Positions 38,690-49,173 of a stretch of DNA of 64,000 bases are shown here, piece after piece. The notes under the pieces are model-generated. The model saw nothing but the letters and a program-made list of their open reading frames with translations, made no database searches and was not told the origin of the DNA. Each line of letters starts with the position of its first letter. Position 1 is the stretch's first letter. Origin of the DNA: Candidatus Magasanikbacteria bacterium UBA922 (lineage in GTDB: Bacteria; Patescibacteriota; Patescibacteriia; Magasanikbacterales; UBA922). A program made the translations under genes and the position numbers. Where the stretch lies: NCBI GenBank assembly GCA_002293825.1, contig DBDW01000011.1, forward strand, positions 9,436 through 73,435, read 5' to 3'.

Positions 38690-39325
38690 CTAAGATTGAG
38701 TAGTGGAAACCCCAGTCATATATTCAGGATGTTCAAACGTAGAAATACGACTAAATGGCCACCCACGAAACCATACTCGCCCAACAATATATTCTTCCTT
38801 AATTGCCCCAAAACGTCGAGAGTCGAAACTCGCATCACGATTATCTCCTAGGACAAAATATTCATCAGGACCGAGCGTAGTGGACAAAGAACCTGGTGTT
38901 TCTTCGACAAGATATGATTCAGAAAGAACCCATCCACGAGGATTTTCTTCGTTATAAATAATCACCTTATTATTCTCAACCTTAATCCGCTCTCCAGGTA
39001 ATGCAATAATACGCTTGAGATAATAATCAGTGTTAATCGGTGATTTAAATACTACCACTTCTCCACGTTGTGGAGTGCGCATACGATAACTAATTTCATC
39101 AATAATCAAATAATCTTTTTCATGAAACGTGGGCTCCATCGACTGTCCTTTTACATAAAATGGCTTAAAAAGAAAGTACCGAACCAAACCAATCGTAATT
39201 CCCGCTAAAATCGAAATCTTAATAATTTCAAGAAAAAAAAGCGCGATCTTACTCAGCAACCCCTTCTCATGTACATCATCATTAAAATTCTCAGTAGACT
39301 GAAAATTTTGATTAAACTCGGCCAT
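38690..39325 (-). CDS. lepB: signal peptidase I
   Basis: GQSMEPTF (S26 catalytic Ser box) and VLGDNRDASFDSRRFG. Confidence 0.85.
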   Translation of the reverse strand: MAEFNQNFQSTENFNDDVHEKGLLSKIALFFLEIIKISILAGITIGLVRYFLFKPFYVKGQSMEPTFHEKDYLIIDEISYRMRTPQRGEVVVFKSPINTDYYLKRIIALPGERIKVENNKVIIYNEENPRGWVLSESYLVEETPGSLSTTLGPDEYFVLGDNRDASFDSRRFGAIKEEYIVGRVWFRGWPFSRISTFEHPEYMTGVSTTQS

Positions 39326-39478
39326 AGATGATAAATAATACTACAATATAAAAGCAGAGGTTAGTATACCTATTTTTGAGAAAAAAGCAAATATAATACC
39401 ACACTCATACGCAGATATAAAAAAAGATCACTCACGCGACCATGCCAATTTTCCTATATATTTCTACCAAATCAATTG

Positions 39479-39552
39479 TGGGCATGCCTGGAATCGAACC
39501 GGGGACCTCGTCATTATCAGTGACGCGCTCTAGCCAACTGAGCTACATGCCC
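39479..39552 (-). tRNA. tRNA-Ile (anticodon GAU)
   Basis: Manual fold: GGGCATG acceptor stem, anticodon loop CTGATAA, T-loop GGTTCGATTCC. 74 nt. Confidence 0.85.
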
Positions 39553-39683
39553 TTTATGGTAACACTTTTAACTTCGACAGTATACCAAAAAATATTTTTT
39601 TTGCAAGTCTACGCAGATCCAAGAGGATCCAAAGAGTGAGTTCCCTCTCTCCCTCGATTAAACTGGCAATAAAACATCTTCCG

Positions 39684-39757
39684 TGGTCGTTAGTGGATTC
39701 GAACCACTGACCTTCACAATGTCAATGTGACGCTCTAACCAACTGAGCTAAACGACC
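39684..39757 (-). tRNA. tRNA-Val (anticodon GAC)
   Basis: Manual fold: GGTCGTT acceptor stem, anticodon loop TTGACAT, T-loop GGTTCGAATCC. 74 nt. Confidence 0.8.
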
Positions 39758-39959
39758 GTAATCGTATAATAATATAATAAAATCAAAAACAGCCTACTGA
39801 ATTATGAATTCACACCGTTCTCAATCCACTTTTCTATAACACAGAAAAATTATAAGTGGCAAAAACTATACGATATATACACAAAAAAGTCAACAAGATA
39901 CTAAAACTCCCTACCATAAGCAGGGAGTTTTTATTTCTGGACACTCTTGAAAATAGTAC

Positions 39960-40304
39960 TTAAATACCCAAATCATCAATTGCACTTGTGTCAACATCAT
40001 CAAGTGAAGAAGATGATGTACTATGTGAATCTTCAGAGCGGTGTCGTCGTCCACCTTCTGGTTCATTGATCTTGAGATTAACGAGTGCATTATTCTTCGC
40101 ACCTACTACTTTGAGTAGTGTACGAATCGCTCGAACAGTGTTACCACGTCGACCGATCACATATCCAATATCAGTTGGTTCTACGTCGAGGGTAATGAGG
40201 ACTCCGCGTTCATCTACGGTGCGGGTTACTTTTACTTTATCTGGATGATTGACGATCGCTTTGATTACAAACTCAATAAATACTTGGTCCTGATGTTCTG
40301 CCAT
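39960..40304 (-). CDS. KH-domain RNA-binding protein (KhpA/YlqC-like)
   Basis: GYVIGRRGNTVRAIRTL KH motif. It lies downstream of rpsP as in the rpsP-ylqC operon. Start taken at MAEHQDQ. Confidence 0.7.
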   Translation of the reverse strand: MAEHQDQVFIEFVIKAIVNHPDKVKVTRTVDERGVLITLDVEPTDIGYVIGRRGNTVRAIRTLLKVVGAKNNALVNLKINEPEGGRRHRSEDSHSTSSSSLDDVDTSAIDDLGI

Positions 40305-40495
40305 ATCATGAATAAAATTAACAAAAAATAAATAAAATAAAGAGAACCGTCGACTCCTGAGCAATTCCCAGGCAATTCCCGCATAGAATCCTACCAAAAT
40401 ACAGCACACGCGTCAATAAAAATCACCCTACTATCCACAAAAAAATCCTGTACCAGAGAGTACGGTACAGGATTTTGATATGCACAACATGCGTA

Positions 40496-40819
40496 TTACG
40501 CTGCTGGTGCTTCAGTAGCTTTTGCAGCTTCGATTTTTTCTCGGCGTTTTTTAGTAAGACTTACCGAGAGTTTTTTCTTTTCCTTGATGATTCCATTCTT
40601 CACAAACAAGTTATGTACAGTATCAGACATTTGTGAACCTTTCGAAATCCAGTACAATACTCGTTCCTGATCAACATCAAATTTCTTTTCTCCCAATGGG
40701 TTATATGAACCCAAAATTTCAAGGTTTCGAGCCTGGGTATCTCTTCCTTTTTCAGAAATAATCACGCGATAACTTGGTCGCTTGTTCTTTCCGATTCTCT
40801 GTAGACGAATAGTCAGCAT
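40496..40819 (-). CDS. rpsP: 30S ribosomal protein S16
   Basis: MLTIRLQRIGKNKRPSYRVIISE is the canonical S16 N-terminus. Confidence 0.9.
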   Translation of the reverse strand: MLTIRLQRIGKNKRPSYRVIISEKGRDTQARNLEILGSYNPLGEKKFDVDQERVLYWISKGSQMSDTVHNLFVKNGIIKEKKKLSVSLTKKRREKIEAAKATEAPAA

Positions 40820-40986
40820 AATATAATTTGATTCATTAAACAGTCTAAATAGAGCGTAAAGACGGTTTGTATAGAGCGTAAGATACCAGAATTACCCTAT
40901 ATTGTCAAGCACTCCACACTCTCCCACAATAATGACTTACTAAGAGAGAATAATAATCCCTAAAAACAGGTCAACAGTCTAGACAA

Positions 40987-43900
40987 TTAAGACGTTTGGA
41001 CTTCAGTTTCCTCAAGTGTTACCCCTACAAGCTTACTAATTCCCCCCGCCCCCATCGTAACACCATACATACTATCACCCGCATGCATCGTCACTCGATT
41101 ATGTGTAATGATGATAAATTGAGACTGAAATGCAAGCTCTTGTAAAATGGTAGTAAAACGAAGTGTGTTCGCCTCATCAAGTGCAGCTTCCACCTCGTCT
41201 AGTAACACAAATGGTGAAGGATTGGTATGTAAAATAGCGCACAACAAAGCAATTGAGGTAAGTGTGCGCTCTCCACCAGAAAGTGCTGCTAAATTTTTAA
41301 TCTTTTTTCCCGGAGGAGTTGCTACCACCTCAATACCTGAAAGTACCTCTGACACATTCTTTCGAGAAGATTTCTGCGCAAGTTCATCTCCTGATTCAGT
41401 CACAGAAGCATTCAATAGAGACTCCTCTTCAGATTCAGCGTTCGAGGTGCCATATAGTTCTACCAATTCCGCCTTACCTCCCTCAAACAATATTTCAAAA
41501 TAACGAGAAAATTCTTTTTTAATTTTTTTAAACACTGTTGCATGTTTTTTCTTCATGATTCCATCCAATTCTTCAATAATCGCATACAAATCATGAGAAG
41601 CTTTTTTGAGATCAGCCAATTGAGTGCGCAAATGTTCATAACGAGCACTTGTTTCCTGATACTCTTTCAAAACCTCTTCATCAATTCCACCAATCAAACT
41701 CAACGTATATTTATATTTCTCAATCTCTGCTTTTGCTTCATCGTGAGTAAATTTCAACTCAGGTACACCTTTCTCAATCAGAGAAGTGGCACTTACCTTG
41801 AGCTCAGCATACACCTCTTCTTCAAGATCTTCTCGATGAGTCGTATACTTGGTCATTTCCATCTCGAGTACATGCTTACGATCAGCGACCTGATTCAATG
41901 ACTCTTGTCGTTTTTGCATTTCATCCTGAAGCGCAAATACACGAGCACGCTTTTCTTCTTCTTCATGATTAAACGCTTGAATCTTATGTTGAATTTCCTG
42001 CATCTGTGCCTCACCGACTGCGATATCAGCTTCAAGTACTTCACGTGAATGTAAAAACTCTGTCATCATGAGACTATACTCATCCTTGCTCAGGGTGTGC
42101 ATTTTCTGCTCACCCGATAAGCGAGAAATTTCACGAGCAATCTCACGGATACGTTCATCAATCGCAGATACTGCGTGTTGCGCAATCTGCAACTCAGTAG
42201 AACACTGTGTCTCTTCATTTTTCAATAACTCAATTTCCTGTTCAAGTAGAGATAATTTCTCTCGAAGGCGTGATACCGACTCTGTCACATCATCAATTGA
42301 AAATGTAGGTAATTGATGTGCGGTAGTGGCAAAAGTTATTCCCTGAGCACGTTTATGTCGAAAGCCACCTTTCATAGAACCTGAAGTTTCGACAATGTCG
42401 CCCTCAAGAGTTACCATACGCACTTTACCAATACCAATTTCTCGTGCAACGGCAATATTTTCGACCACCAATGTTGATCCAAACACGTATGAAAAAATAG
42501 TATCAAACAAAGAATCGTGTGATACCAATTGTGCAGCAAGACCATATACACCTGGACGATGTGCAAGTGACTCAATTTCAGAGGACACAAATCGAGCTCG
42601 AATCGTATTGAGTGGTAAAAAAGTGGCAAACCCTAAATGATGTTGTTTCAAAAATTGAATACATGCTTCAGCAACCCGATCATCCTCCACCACCAGTGAA
42701 GTGAGATGAGCAGCAGCAGCCACTTCGAGTGCCACCCGATACGTGTCATCCACCTGTGCAAGCTCAGCTAAAATTCCATATACACGGCCACCAAACGTAT
42801 GTGTTGGCTGTGTCACAATAGCATTCACTGCACGCAATCCTTCGTATGAAAACGTATCTCGCTCTCGCACAATATCTCGCATCGACTGTTCCAATCGTGT
42901 AACTTCTTGCTGTAACTGAATTTTTTCTCGCTGTCGTTCTGCGAGTTGCGCGGTGCGTTCGTGCAGTCTGGTACGAAGTGCCTGCACCTGCGCCTCATGG
43001 AGCCCACGTTCTGATTCAAAATTTTTCTCCGCTGACTGTAGTTCAGCCAATTTACTTTCAATCCAAGCAACATTCTGTTTACCTGCTTTTCCATACTCAG
43101 TTTCAAGTTTTGCCTGTAGAATTGCGCGATCTTTTTCTCTAGTGTGTTGAAGTTGCTGAATCTCATATAATTCTTTTTGAAGAGATTCAAAAATATCTGT
43201 GCGAGATTTTTCTTGAGCACTTCGAGCGAGCTCAGTCTGCACCACCTGAAGTGCTTCGAGCTCACTCGCATACTGAGTGCCAACCTGTGCCAATTCTGTC
43301 TGAAGATTCTGAATTGCTTCGTATAAAGCACGATACAGCGAGCCGTAATACGCTTCCTGTAATTCACGAAGTGAATGTTCCACCTCTTGACGTTGTTCCA
43401 ATTTACTCACTTGTCGTTTCAATGATTTGAGTCGTGGTTCAATTTCTATCACAATTGCATCAGCATGTGCAATATTTTCTTCAGTGCGAGCAAGCTTGAG
43501 CTCTGCATGATGACGTTTAATCTGAAACTCTTTGATACCTACAGCCTCATCAAAAAATTCTTTACGCTCCGCAGGAGATTGAAGCAATAATCGATCAATC
43601 GTACCTTGCCCAATTACTGAATATGAGCCCTGTCCGAATTGTGCACGTGCAAGGAGTAATTGCAAATCGACCAGTCGAACTTTATTTCCATTCAATAGAT
43701 ATTCACTCTCACCTGATCGATACAATCGACGAGAAATCGACAACTCTTCATATGGCACATCTGCACGCTTATCCGTATTATCAAGTACCATAGTCACTGT
43801 AGCCAGACTCATCTTACCCTTTCCTTCGCTTCCAGCAAAAATAATATCTTCGCTTTTTTTGCCACGAAGATTTTTCATACTCTGTTCACCAAGCACCCAA

Positions 43901-44055
43901 CGGATTGCGTCCGCCACATTACTTTTTCCACTTCCATTTGGCCCTACAATCACAGTCACACCTTGCTTACCACCCTTGGCAGGTTTTGGAAATTCAATAA
44001 CCGTATGCTCTGCAAACGACTTGAAACCATTAATTTCGATTCGGGTAACAAACAT
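40987..44055 (-). CDS. smc: chromosome partition protein SMC
   Basis: 1022 aa. N-terminal Walker A (GPNGSGKSN), long coiled coils, hinge, and C-terminal signature (LSGGERTLTSIALL) plus D-loop. Confidence 0.9.
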   Translation of the reverse strand: MFVTRIEINGFKSFAEHTVIEFPKPAKGGKQGVTVIVGPNGSGKSNVADAIRWVLGEQSMKNLRGKKSEDIIFAGSEGKGKMSLATVTMVLDNTDKRADVPYEELSISRRLYRSGESEYLLNGNKVRLVDLQLLLARAQFGQGSYSVIGQGTIDRLLLQSPAERKEFFDEAVGIKEFQIKRHHAELKLARTEENIAHADAIVIEIEPRLKSLKRQVSKLEQRQEVEHSLRELQEAYYGSLYRALYEAIQNLQTELAQVGTQYASELEALQVVQTELARSAQEKSRTDIFESLQKELYEIQQLQHTREKDRAILQAKLETEYGKAGKQNVAWIESKLAELQSAEKNFESERGLHEAQVQALRTRLHERTAQLAERQREKIQLQQEVTRLEQSMRDIVRERDTFSYEGLRAVNAIVTQPTHTFGGRVYGILAELAQVDDTYRVALEVAAAAHLTSLVVEDDRVAEACIQFLKQHHLGFATFLPLNTIRARFVSSEIESLAHRPGVYGLAAQLVSHDSLFDTIFSYVFGSTLVVENIAVAREIGIGKVRMVTLEGDIVETSGSMKGGFRHKRAQGITFATTAHQLPTFSIDDVTESVSRLREKLSLLEQEIELLKNEETQCSTELQIAQHAVSAIDERIREIAREISRLSGEQKMHTLSKDEYSLMMTEFLHSREVLEADIAVGEAQMQEIQHKIQAFNHEEEEKRARVFALQDEMQKRQESLNQVADRKHVLEMEMTKYTTHREDLEEEVYAELKVSATSLIEKGVPELKFTHDEAKAEIEKYKYTLSLIGGIDEEVLKEYQETSARYEHLRTQLADLKKASHDLYAIIEELDGIMKKKHATVFKKIKKEFSRYFEILFEGGKAELVELYGTSNAESEEESLLNASVTESGDELAQKSSRKNVSEVLSGIEVVATPPGKKIKNLAALSGGERTLTSIALLCAILHTNPSPFVLLDEVEAALDEANTLRFTTILQELAFQSQFIIITHNRVTMHAGDSMYGVTMGAGGISKLVGVTLEETEVQTS

Positions 44056-44176
44056 AACAATACATTCAAAACCTCACACTCAAAAACTAAAAAAGTGAGT
44101 TACACTACATACGATATCTAAGTTTGTACTACAGTATATCACCCTTGACAAACATGGGCAACCCATTTATACTCCT

Positions 44177-45175
44177 GTGTTCTATATATCTATGCCACAG
44201 AGAATTGGAAAACAAATACACGAGCTCCTCATGAGGAGTACGACAATCCGTCTTATCCCACACCAAAATCCTGATGGAGATGCAATTGGGGCTGTGTCAG
44301 CACTTGGACAATATCTTAGAGCTGCTGGGAAAAAAGTAGAATTTTTTTGTGCGACTGAAACTCCTCAACAACTCCAATTTATCACCCTTGCACACGAGAT
44401 ATCTCACAATCCGCAGATATGGGATACTCCGTGCGACGTGATCGTAGTATGCGACTCTGGCGACCCGGTGTACGCTGGAATTGATCAATATTTAAAAAAA
44501 AACCCTCATACACCAGTCGTAGTTATTGATCATCATGAGACCAATACATTTTTCGGCACACTCAATCTAGTGTCCACTGCACATTCTTCTACGGGTGAGC
44601 TACTGTACGATTATTTCAAGGCAAATAATATTCAAATAACTCCCGACATCGCCACGGCTCTATTATGTGGCATCATGTACGATACAGGATCATTCTCAAA
44701 CTCAGCAACATCGAACAAAAGTCTTTCTGTTGCAGGCATACTCATAAAATCAGGAGCATCTATAAAAAAAATAGTGCAATATATATACAAAGATAAATAT
44801 ATCAATGTATTAAAATTATGGGGAAAAGCACTCGCCAATCTCTCCTACGACCGCGAACTCGACATTGCATCTATCAGTATCTCACTCGAAGACATGTTTG
44901 TATCTGGAGTCGATGAAGAACGTGCAAATGGTATTGCAAATTTTATGCACACACTCAAAGATGGAAGTGTACATATGGTATTCAGAGAAAAAACCGATCA
45001 TACCGTGAAAGTAAGTATGCGCACCACCAAAGATACAATTGATGTGTCGCTGATCGCACGAGAATTCGGTGGAGGCGGACACAAAAAAGCAGCGGGATGC
45101 ACGATATCAGCCCCCCTATCACACGCATATGAAACCATGCTCCCAATCTTGAAAAAACACCTAAAAAAGATATAA
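44177..45175 (+). CDS. DHH-DHHA1 phosphoesterase (NrnA-like)
   Basis: DGDAIGA and VIDHHETN motifs. C-terminal GGGH motif. Confidence 0.75.
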   Translation: MFYISMPQRIGKQIHELLMRSTTIRLIPHQNPDGDAIGAVSALGQYLRAAGKKVEFFCATETPQQLQFITLAHEISHNPQIWDTPCDVIVVCDSGDPVYAGIDQYLKKNPHTPVVVIDHHETNTFFGTLNLVSTAHSSTGELLYDYFKANNIQITPDIATALLCGIMYDTGSFSNSATSNKSLSVAGILIKSGASIKKIVQYIYKDKYINVLKLWGKALANLSYDRELDIASISISLEDMFVSGVDEERANGIANFMHTLKDGSVHMVFREKTDHTVKVSMRTTKDTIDVSLIAREFGGGGHKKAAGCTISAPLSHAYETMLPILKKHLKKI

Positions 45176-45235
45176 TGAGTACGTGTTATATACAATTTAA
45201 GAAAAGTTAACATTATTTAGGATAATTTCAATTCT

Positions 45236-45826
45236 ATGGATATCACATCTCAGATCCTTATCCCGACCGTGATAGAAAAAACTACGTATGGTGAACGAGC
45301 ATACGATATCTACTCACGCTTACTCAAAGATCGTATTATTTTTCTCGGAACCGCAATTGATGACCATGTCGCAAATATTGTCGTAGCACAACTACTATTC
45401 CTCGCAAACCAAGATCCCGAACAAGATATCAAACTCTATATCAACTCACCTGGTGGCTCAGTCACCGCCGGACTTGCAATCTATGATACGATGCAATTTA
45501 TCGAACCTGCAGTATCTACAATCTGCGTAGGAATGGCAGCAAGTATGGGGTCAGTACTTCTCGCTGCAGGAGAAAAAGGTAAACGATTCTGTCTCCCAAA
45601 CAGTGAAGTCATGATCCATCAAGTCATGGGAGGAGCGCAGGGACAAGCAAGTGATATTCAGATACATGCGGAACGCATTGTAAAAATGAAAAAACATTTA
45701 AACAGTATCCTTGCAAAACACTCAGGTCAAAAAGTAGAAAAAGTAGAAAAAGATGCTGACCGAGATTACTTCATGAGCGCCGAGGAAGCAGTGGCGTATG
45801 GACTCGTAGACAAGGTGATCACGTAA
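45236..45826 (+). CDS. clpP: ATP-dependent Clp protease proteolytic subunit
   Basis: [20 protein letters not shown]...MAASMGS...MIHQ is the canonical catalytic triad context. Confidence 0.95.
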   Translation: MDITSQILIPTVIEKTTYGERAYDIYSRLLKDRIIFLGTAIDDHVANIVVAQLLFLANQDPEQDIKLYINSPGGSVTAGLAIYDTMQFIEPAVSTICVGMAASMGSVLLAAGEKGKRFCLPNSEVMIHQVMGGAQGQASDIQIHAERIVKMKKHLNSILAKHSGQKVEKVEKDADRDYFMSAEEAVAYGLVDKVIT

Positions 45827-45838
45827 AAAAACAAAAAA

Positions 45839-45866
45839 AATCCCCCAATAAAGGGGGATTTTGTTA
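45839..45866 (+). terminator. rho-independent terminator after clpP
   Basis: ATCCCCC-aataaa-GGGGGAT followed by TTTTGTT. Confidence 0.6.
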
Positions 45867-46107
45867 TAGTTAAGGGTTTTGAACCTTACCCGTACCAAGA
45901 AGATGTGTGAAAGGAGAAGACGAGCCGAAGCCTGAACTATCCTTCTACACATCCCCATGCTTGTCGTGGTACAGGTGGTAAAGATTGTATACAGCAATCA
46001 CTACCACCTATACAAGACTCACTGGAATCTGGATACACTCGTATCGTGTAACGACATATAATAGCATACCCAGAGTTTTTTGTCAAGTGTTTGAGGGTAA
46101 ATAATAC

Positions 46108-46135
46108 AAAAAATGGCTTATTTAAGCCATTTTTA
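46108..46135 (-). terminator. terminator after the VanW-family gene
   Basis: ATGGCTTA-tt-TAAGCCAT hairpin with flanking A/T runs. Confidence 0.5.
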
Positions 46136-46156
46136 TATATTTTTAACCCTTCATCT

Positions 46157-48166
46157 TTATGGAACAAGCGGAGAAGTTCCACCTGTAGAAGAAGTCGACG
46201 CACTCTCAATAGGCTGTACAGGAACAATACTCTCAGTAGATGTAGTACTTGAAGATACACCCTCTTCTACCTTTTTTGCAACACCCACGAGACACGTTTC
46301 AGGTAGCGGACGATAATAACTATCATATACCACCTCTTTCTTTTCACCTGTCGGAAGTTCTCGAACGTAGGTAAATGAAGCTACTGCCCCAGGATATGCA
46401 TGCTGACATTCTTTTTTACCAGGAGGAAGTTCTGTAGTTTCAATAATTTTAGTAGGCCCTGCAGGCATACGTCTCGAGACAGTCGGTGGAATAAAATATC
46501 CTTTTCTTCCGTCACTCGTTCCCCATAATGTGAAAAACAAATCACCAGTCTGATCATTGAGTTCTGACGTAATTAAAATATGATGACCAGTATCATTCCG
46601 AAAACGAAAATCTGTACCAGGATCATAAATAGTAGCATCAGTTCCTGGAAGTCCATTAGTAAGATCATTGTAATACGAGATCATCAATGAATGATTCCTT
46701 CGCTCAGTAATCTCAAGCCCTGCATTCATCGCAGCACGAAACATCGTTGTACCGATCTGACACAGTCCTCCACCAATTTCTGGAACCAAGCGATCACCCT
46801 TGATCGTAAGTTCAGGTAGATATCCTCCTTCAAGGGTAAATGGTTTCAATGCGTTGAGTAATGAAAAGTTTTCACCAGGTTTAATAATAAGACCATTCAA
46901 TTTATTAAAAGCTGCATGCCGAATATTTTTATATCGATTTCCAGGACTACCCTTGAAGACCGATTGACCCACACCAAGCACTTCAGTGATTCCAAGATCA
47001 TTCACGTCTGCAGTTTTAATATCAGGCTCAACTTCTTTAACACGCAAGGTAAGACGCTGTGTACTGGTAGGTGCACGCTCTTCATCGAATCGACTAGCAA
47101 ATACTTCACGCAACGCCTCATATGTCGCTTCGACATCTACGGTGAGACCAGGATGAGATCCATGAAATTCCGTCACTCGCCCATCATCACCTACAATAAA
47201 TCGTGCATCCTGCGGAGCAATGTCTATATCAGGAGCTACAGTCTCTCGGAGAAATGCATAGGTAGAAGAAGGAGAAAGCCCAAAAACCAAATCCCCCTCC
47301 TCATCATTCACAACTTCAAGCATACGAGCAAGCATATTCGCATTCAATTTCCATGTATACATGCGCTTGGTAGAAGAATTAAAATACTCTACCGTCAATG
47401 CACCGCGATCGAAAGCTTGGGGTAAAGTTTCAATAATACGCTCAACATCAGATTCGGTAATAAGAGGATCAGTCTCAATCGAAACAATACGAATGTGGGG
47501 CTGCTCTAGACGTGCCCACTGCTCACTAATCTGATCCACAATATGGTTGTAATCAAATGCAGTTCCTCGAGAAGATGAGGTAATCTCATATTCAAGCGGT
47601 GACACCGAAGACACCGACACATTGGCATTGACCATGGGTGTGATGTACGGAGAAACATTTCGATCAATTTCTGCAAATAACTTATCTTTGTGTATTGTGT
47701 GTATCCCAAGATCAATCGAGGGACGTGTACTTAATGTAGTAAATACCCCAACAAAATTTCTAAAAAAATTATTCGTTTGATACTGTGAAATAATTTCACG
47801 AGCAAGTAATGGTGCATCAATCTCAATAAGCTCAGACACCATATCCTCACCAATTGATTGTGGATATAATACAAATTCTTTCACAGACGTTGTCGTATCG
47901 AAAGTAACAGGTATTCCTTGTGCAAGTAATTTTGCTTCCATCTGTTCGATAAATGCAGTAAGTTCCACATCAGTCATTCCTCCAATCGAATATTGGCCAA
48001 TCCGAACCCCTGGAAATACGCGCCCAGAAAACGACTGTGCATACGCAATTCCAATTCCAAAGATGATTACAAGTACAGTAACAACGATAGCGCCTATCGT
48101 TACCATTTTTTTGACGTATTTTTTCTCACCCGGAATCAGATGTGCTGGCGTAATAGTATCAGACAT
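46157..48166 (-). CDS. VanW-family protein with N-terminal TM anchor
   Basis: GGGLCQIGTTMFRAAMNAGLEITERRNHS matches the VanW signature. Confidence 0.7.
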   Translation of the reverse strand: MSDTITPAHLIPGEKKYVKKMVTIGAIVVTVLVIIFGIGIAYAQSFSGRVFPGVRIGQYSIGGMTDVELTAFIEQMEAKLLAQGIPVTFDTTTSVKEFVLYPQSIGEDMVSELIEIDAPLLAREIISQYQTNNFFRNFVGVFTTLSTRPSIDLGIHTIHKDKLFAEIDRNVSPYITPMVNANVSVSSVSPLEYEITSSSRGTAFDYNHIVDQISEQWARLEQPHIRIVSIETDPLITESDVERIIETLPQAFDRGALTVEYFNSSTKRMYTWKLNANMLARMLEVVNDEEGDLVFGLSPSSTYAFLRETVAPDIDIAPQDARFIVGDDGRVTEFHGSHPGLTVDVEATYEALREVFASRFDEERAPTSTQRLTLRVKEVEPDIKTADVNDLGITEVLGVGQSVFKGSPGNRYKNIRHAAFNKLNGLIIKPGENFSLLNALKPFTLEGGYLPELTIKGDRLVPEIGGGLCQIGTTMFRAAMNAGLEITERRNHSLMISYYNDLTNGLPGTDATIYDPGTDFRFRNDTGHHILITSELNDQTGDLFFTLWGTSDGRKGYFIPPTVSRRMPAGPTKIIETTELPPGKKECQHAYPGAVASFTYVRELPTGEKKEVVYDSYYRPLPETCLVGVAKKVEEGVSSSTTSTESIVPVQPIESASTSSTGGTSPLVP

Positions 48167-48177
48167 ATTATAAAAAA

Positions 48178-48654
48178 CTACTCTTCTACAATTTCAATCG
48201 GAATTTTTCGATCCTGAGTGCGTTTCGGCACAATAATTTCCAAAATTCCATTTTTATACTGTGCACGTGCCGCGTCCCCATTGACCTCAACAGGTAATAC
48301 AATCGTGCGTGAAAAATGCCCCCAAAAACATTCACGGTGATAAAACTCGATCGACGATTCCGTCTCGACAGGATTTACACGCTCACCACGAAGTGTCAAA
48401 AGATCATTATGTATATATACCTCAATACGATCAGGAAGCGCACCTGCGACCGTAGACACAATATAAACATTTTTTTCATCATGCGCAACATCCACCGAAA
48501 GTTTACCTTCTTCGAGACGTTCATGCCATTCAGCGGTCGCTGATGCCACAACCGAAGAAGTGGATGCTTCCACAGGGTCAGTGGAGACATGCTCCACAAT
48601 CATAGCATATGAAGGATGTGAGGGTTTGTGCTGCATATAGAGGGAAGTATACAA
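48178..48654 (-). CDS. Hsp20/alpha-crystallin small heat-shock protein
   Basis: Alpha-crystallin domain (LTLRGERV...YKNGILEIIVPK). Confidence 0.85.
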   Translation of the reverse strand: MYTSLYMQHKPSHPSYAMIVEHVSTDPVEASTSSVVASATAEWHERLEEGKLSVDVAHDEKNVYIVSTVAGALPDRIEVYIHNDLLTLRGERVNPVETESSIEFYHRECFWGHFSRTIVLPVEVNGDAARAQYKNGILEIIVPKRTQDRKIPIEIVEE

Positions 48655-48746
48655 AGTATACGCCTAATTTACAATAGTAAATAGAAGGTTGACGAATGGA
48701 AAAATATACGCTACACTACTCCAGTCTTTATAATGCGGAAATAAAT

Positions 48747-48834
48747 GGAGAGGTGGCTGAGCGGTTGAAGGCGGCAGTCTTGAAAACTGTTGTAGGCTTT
48801 TAGTCTACCGTGGGTTCGAATCCCACCCTCTCCG
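48747..48834 (+). tRNA. tRNA-Ser (anticodon UGA)
   Basis: Class II tRNA with long variable arm. Acceptor GGAGAGG/CCTCTCC with G73. Anticodon loop CTTGAAA. Confidence 0.85.
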
Positions 48835-48883
48835 CACAAAAGACAATATTGTGGTACGTTTCAGTATACGCTATTGGCAAAAT

Positions 48884-48972
48884 GGAGAGGTGTCAGAGTG
48901 GTCTATCGTGCAGCTTTGCTAAAGCTGTGTCCGAATAATATCGGACCGAGGGTTCGAATCCCTCCCTCTCCG
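48884..48972 (+). tRNA. tRNA-Ser (anticodon GCU)
   Basis: Same acceptor stem. Anticodon loop TTGCTAA. Long variable arm. Confidence 0.85.
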
Positions 48973-49001
48973 CATGGAGAAAAACGCTACTACACGACAA
49001 T

Positions 49002-49088
49002 GGAGAGGTGGTTGAGTGGTTGAAAACAGCAGTTTACTAAACTGCCGTCCCTTTCGGGGGACCGTGGGTTCGAATCCCACCCTCTCCG
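49002..49088 (+). tRNA. tRNA-Ser-like, unusual anticodon loop TTACTAA (anticodon ACU)
   Basis: Same acceptor stem, G73 and long variable arm. The anticodon stem GCAGT/ACTGC gives a 7-nt loop TTACTAA. It differs from the GCU gene's loop by G34 to A34. Confidence 0.65.
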
Positions 49089-49173
49089 CACAGATAGACA
49101 GTATCCACCATTTGGCATACTGTCTTTTTTTTAGTATAGTAAAAATCCACTTGGATCACATAATACCTCTTAT

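Noticed and set aside
45937-46260. ORF 45937..46260 (107 aa) and 46113..46316 in the clpP-vanW intergenic region
   Set aside because: They overlap terminator hairpins. The translations are low-complexity (Leu/Arg-rich). The region is more consistent with non-coding, structured RNA.
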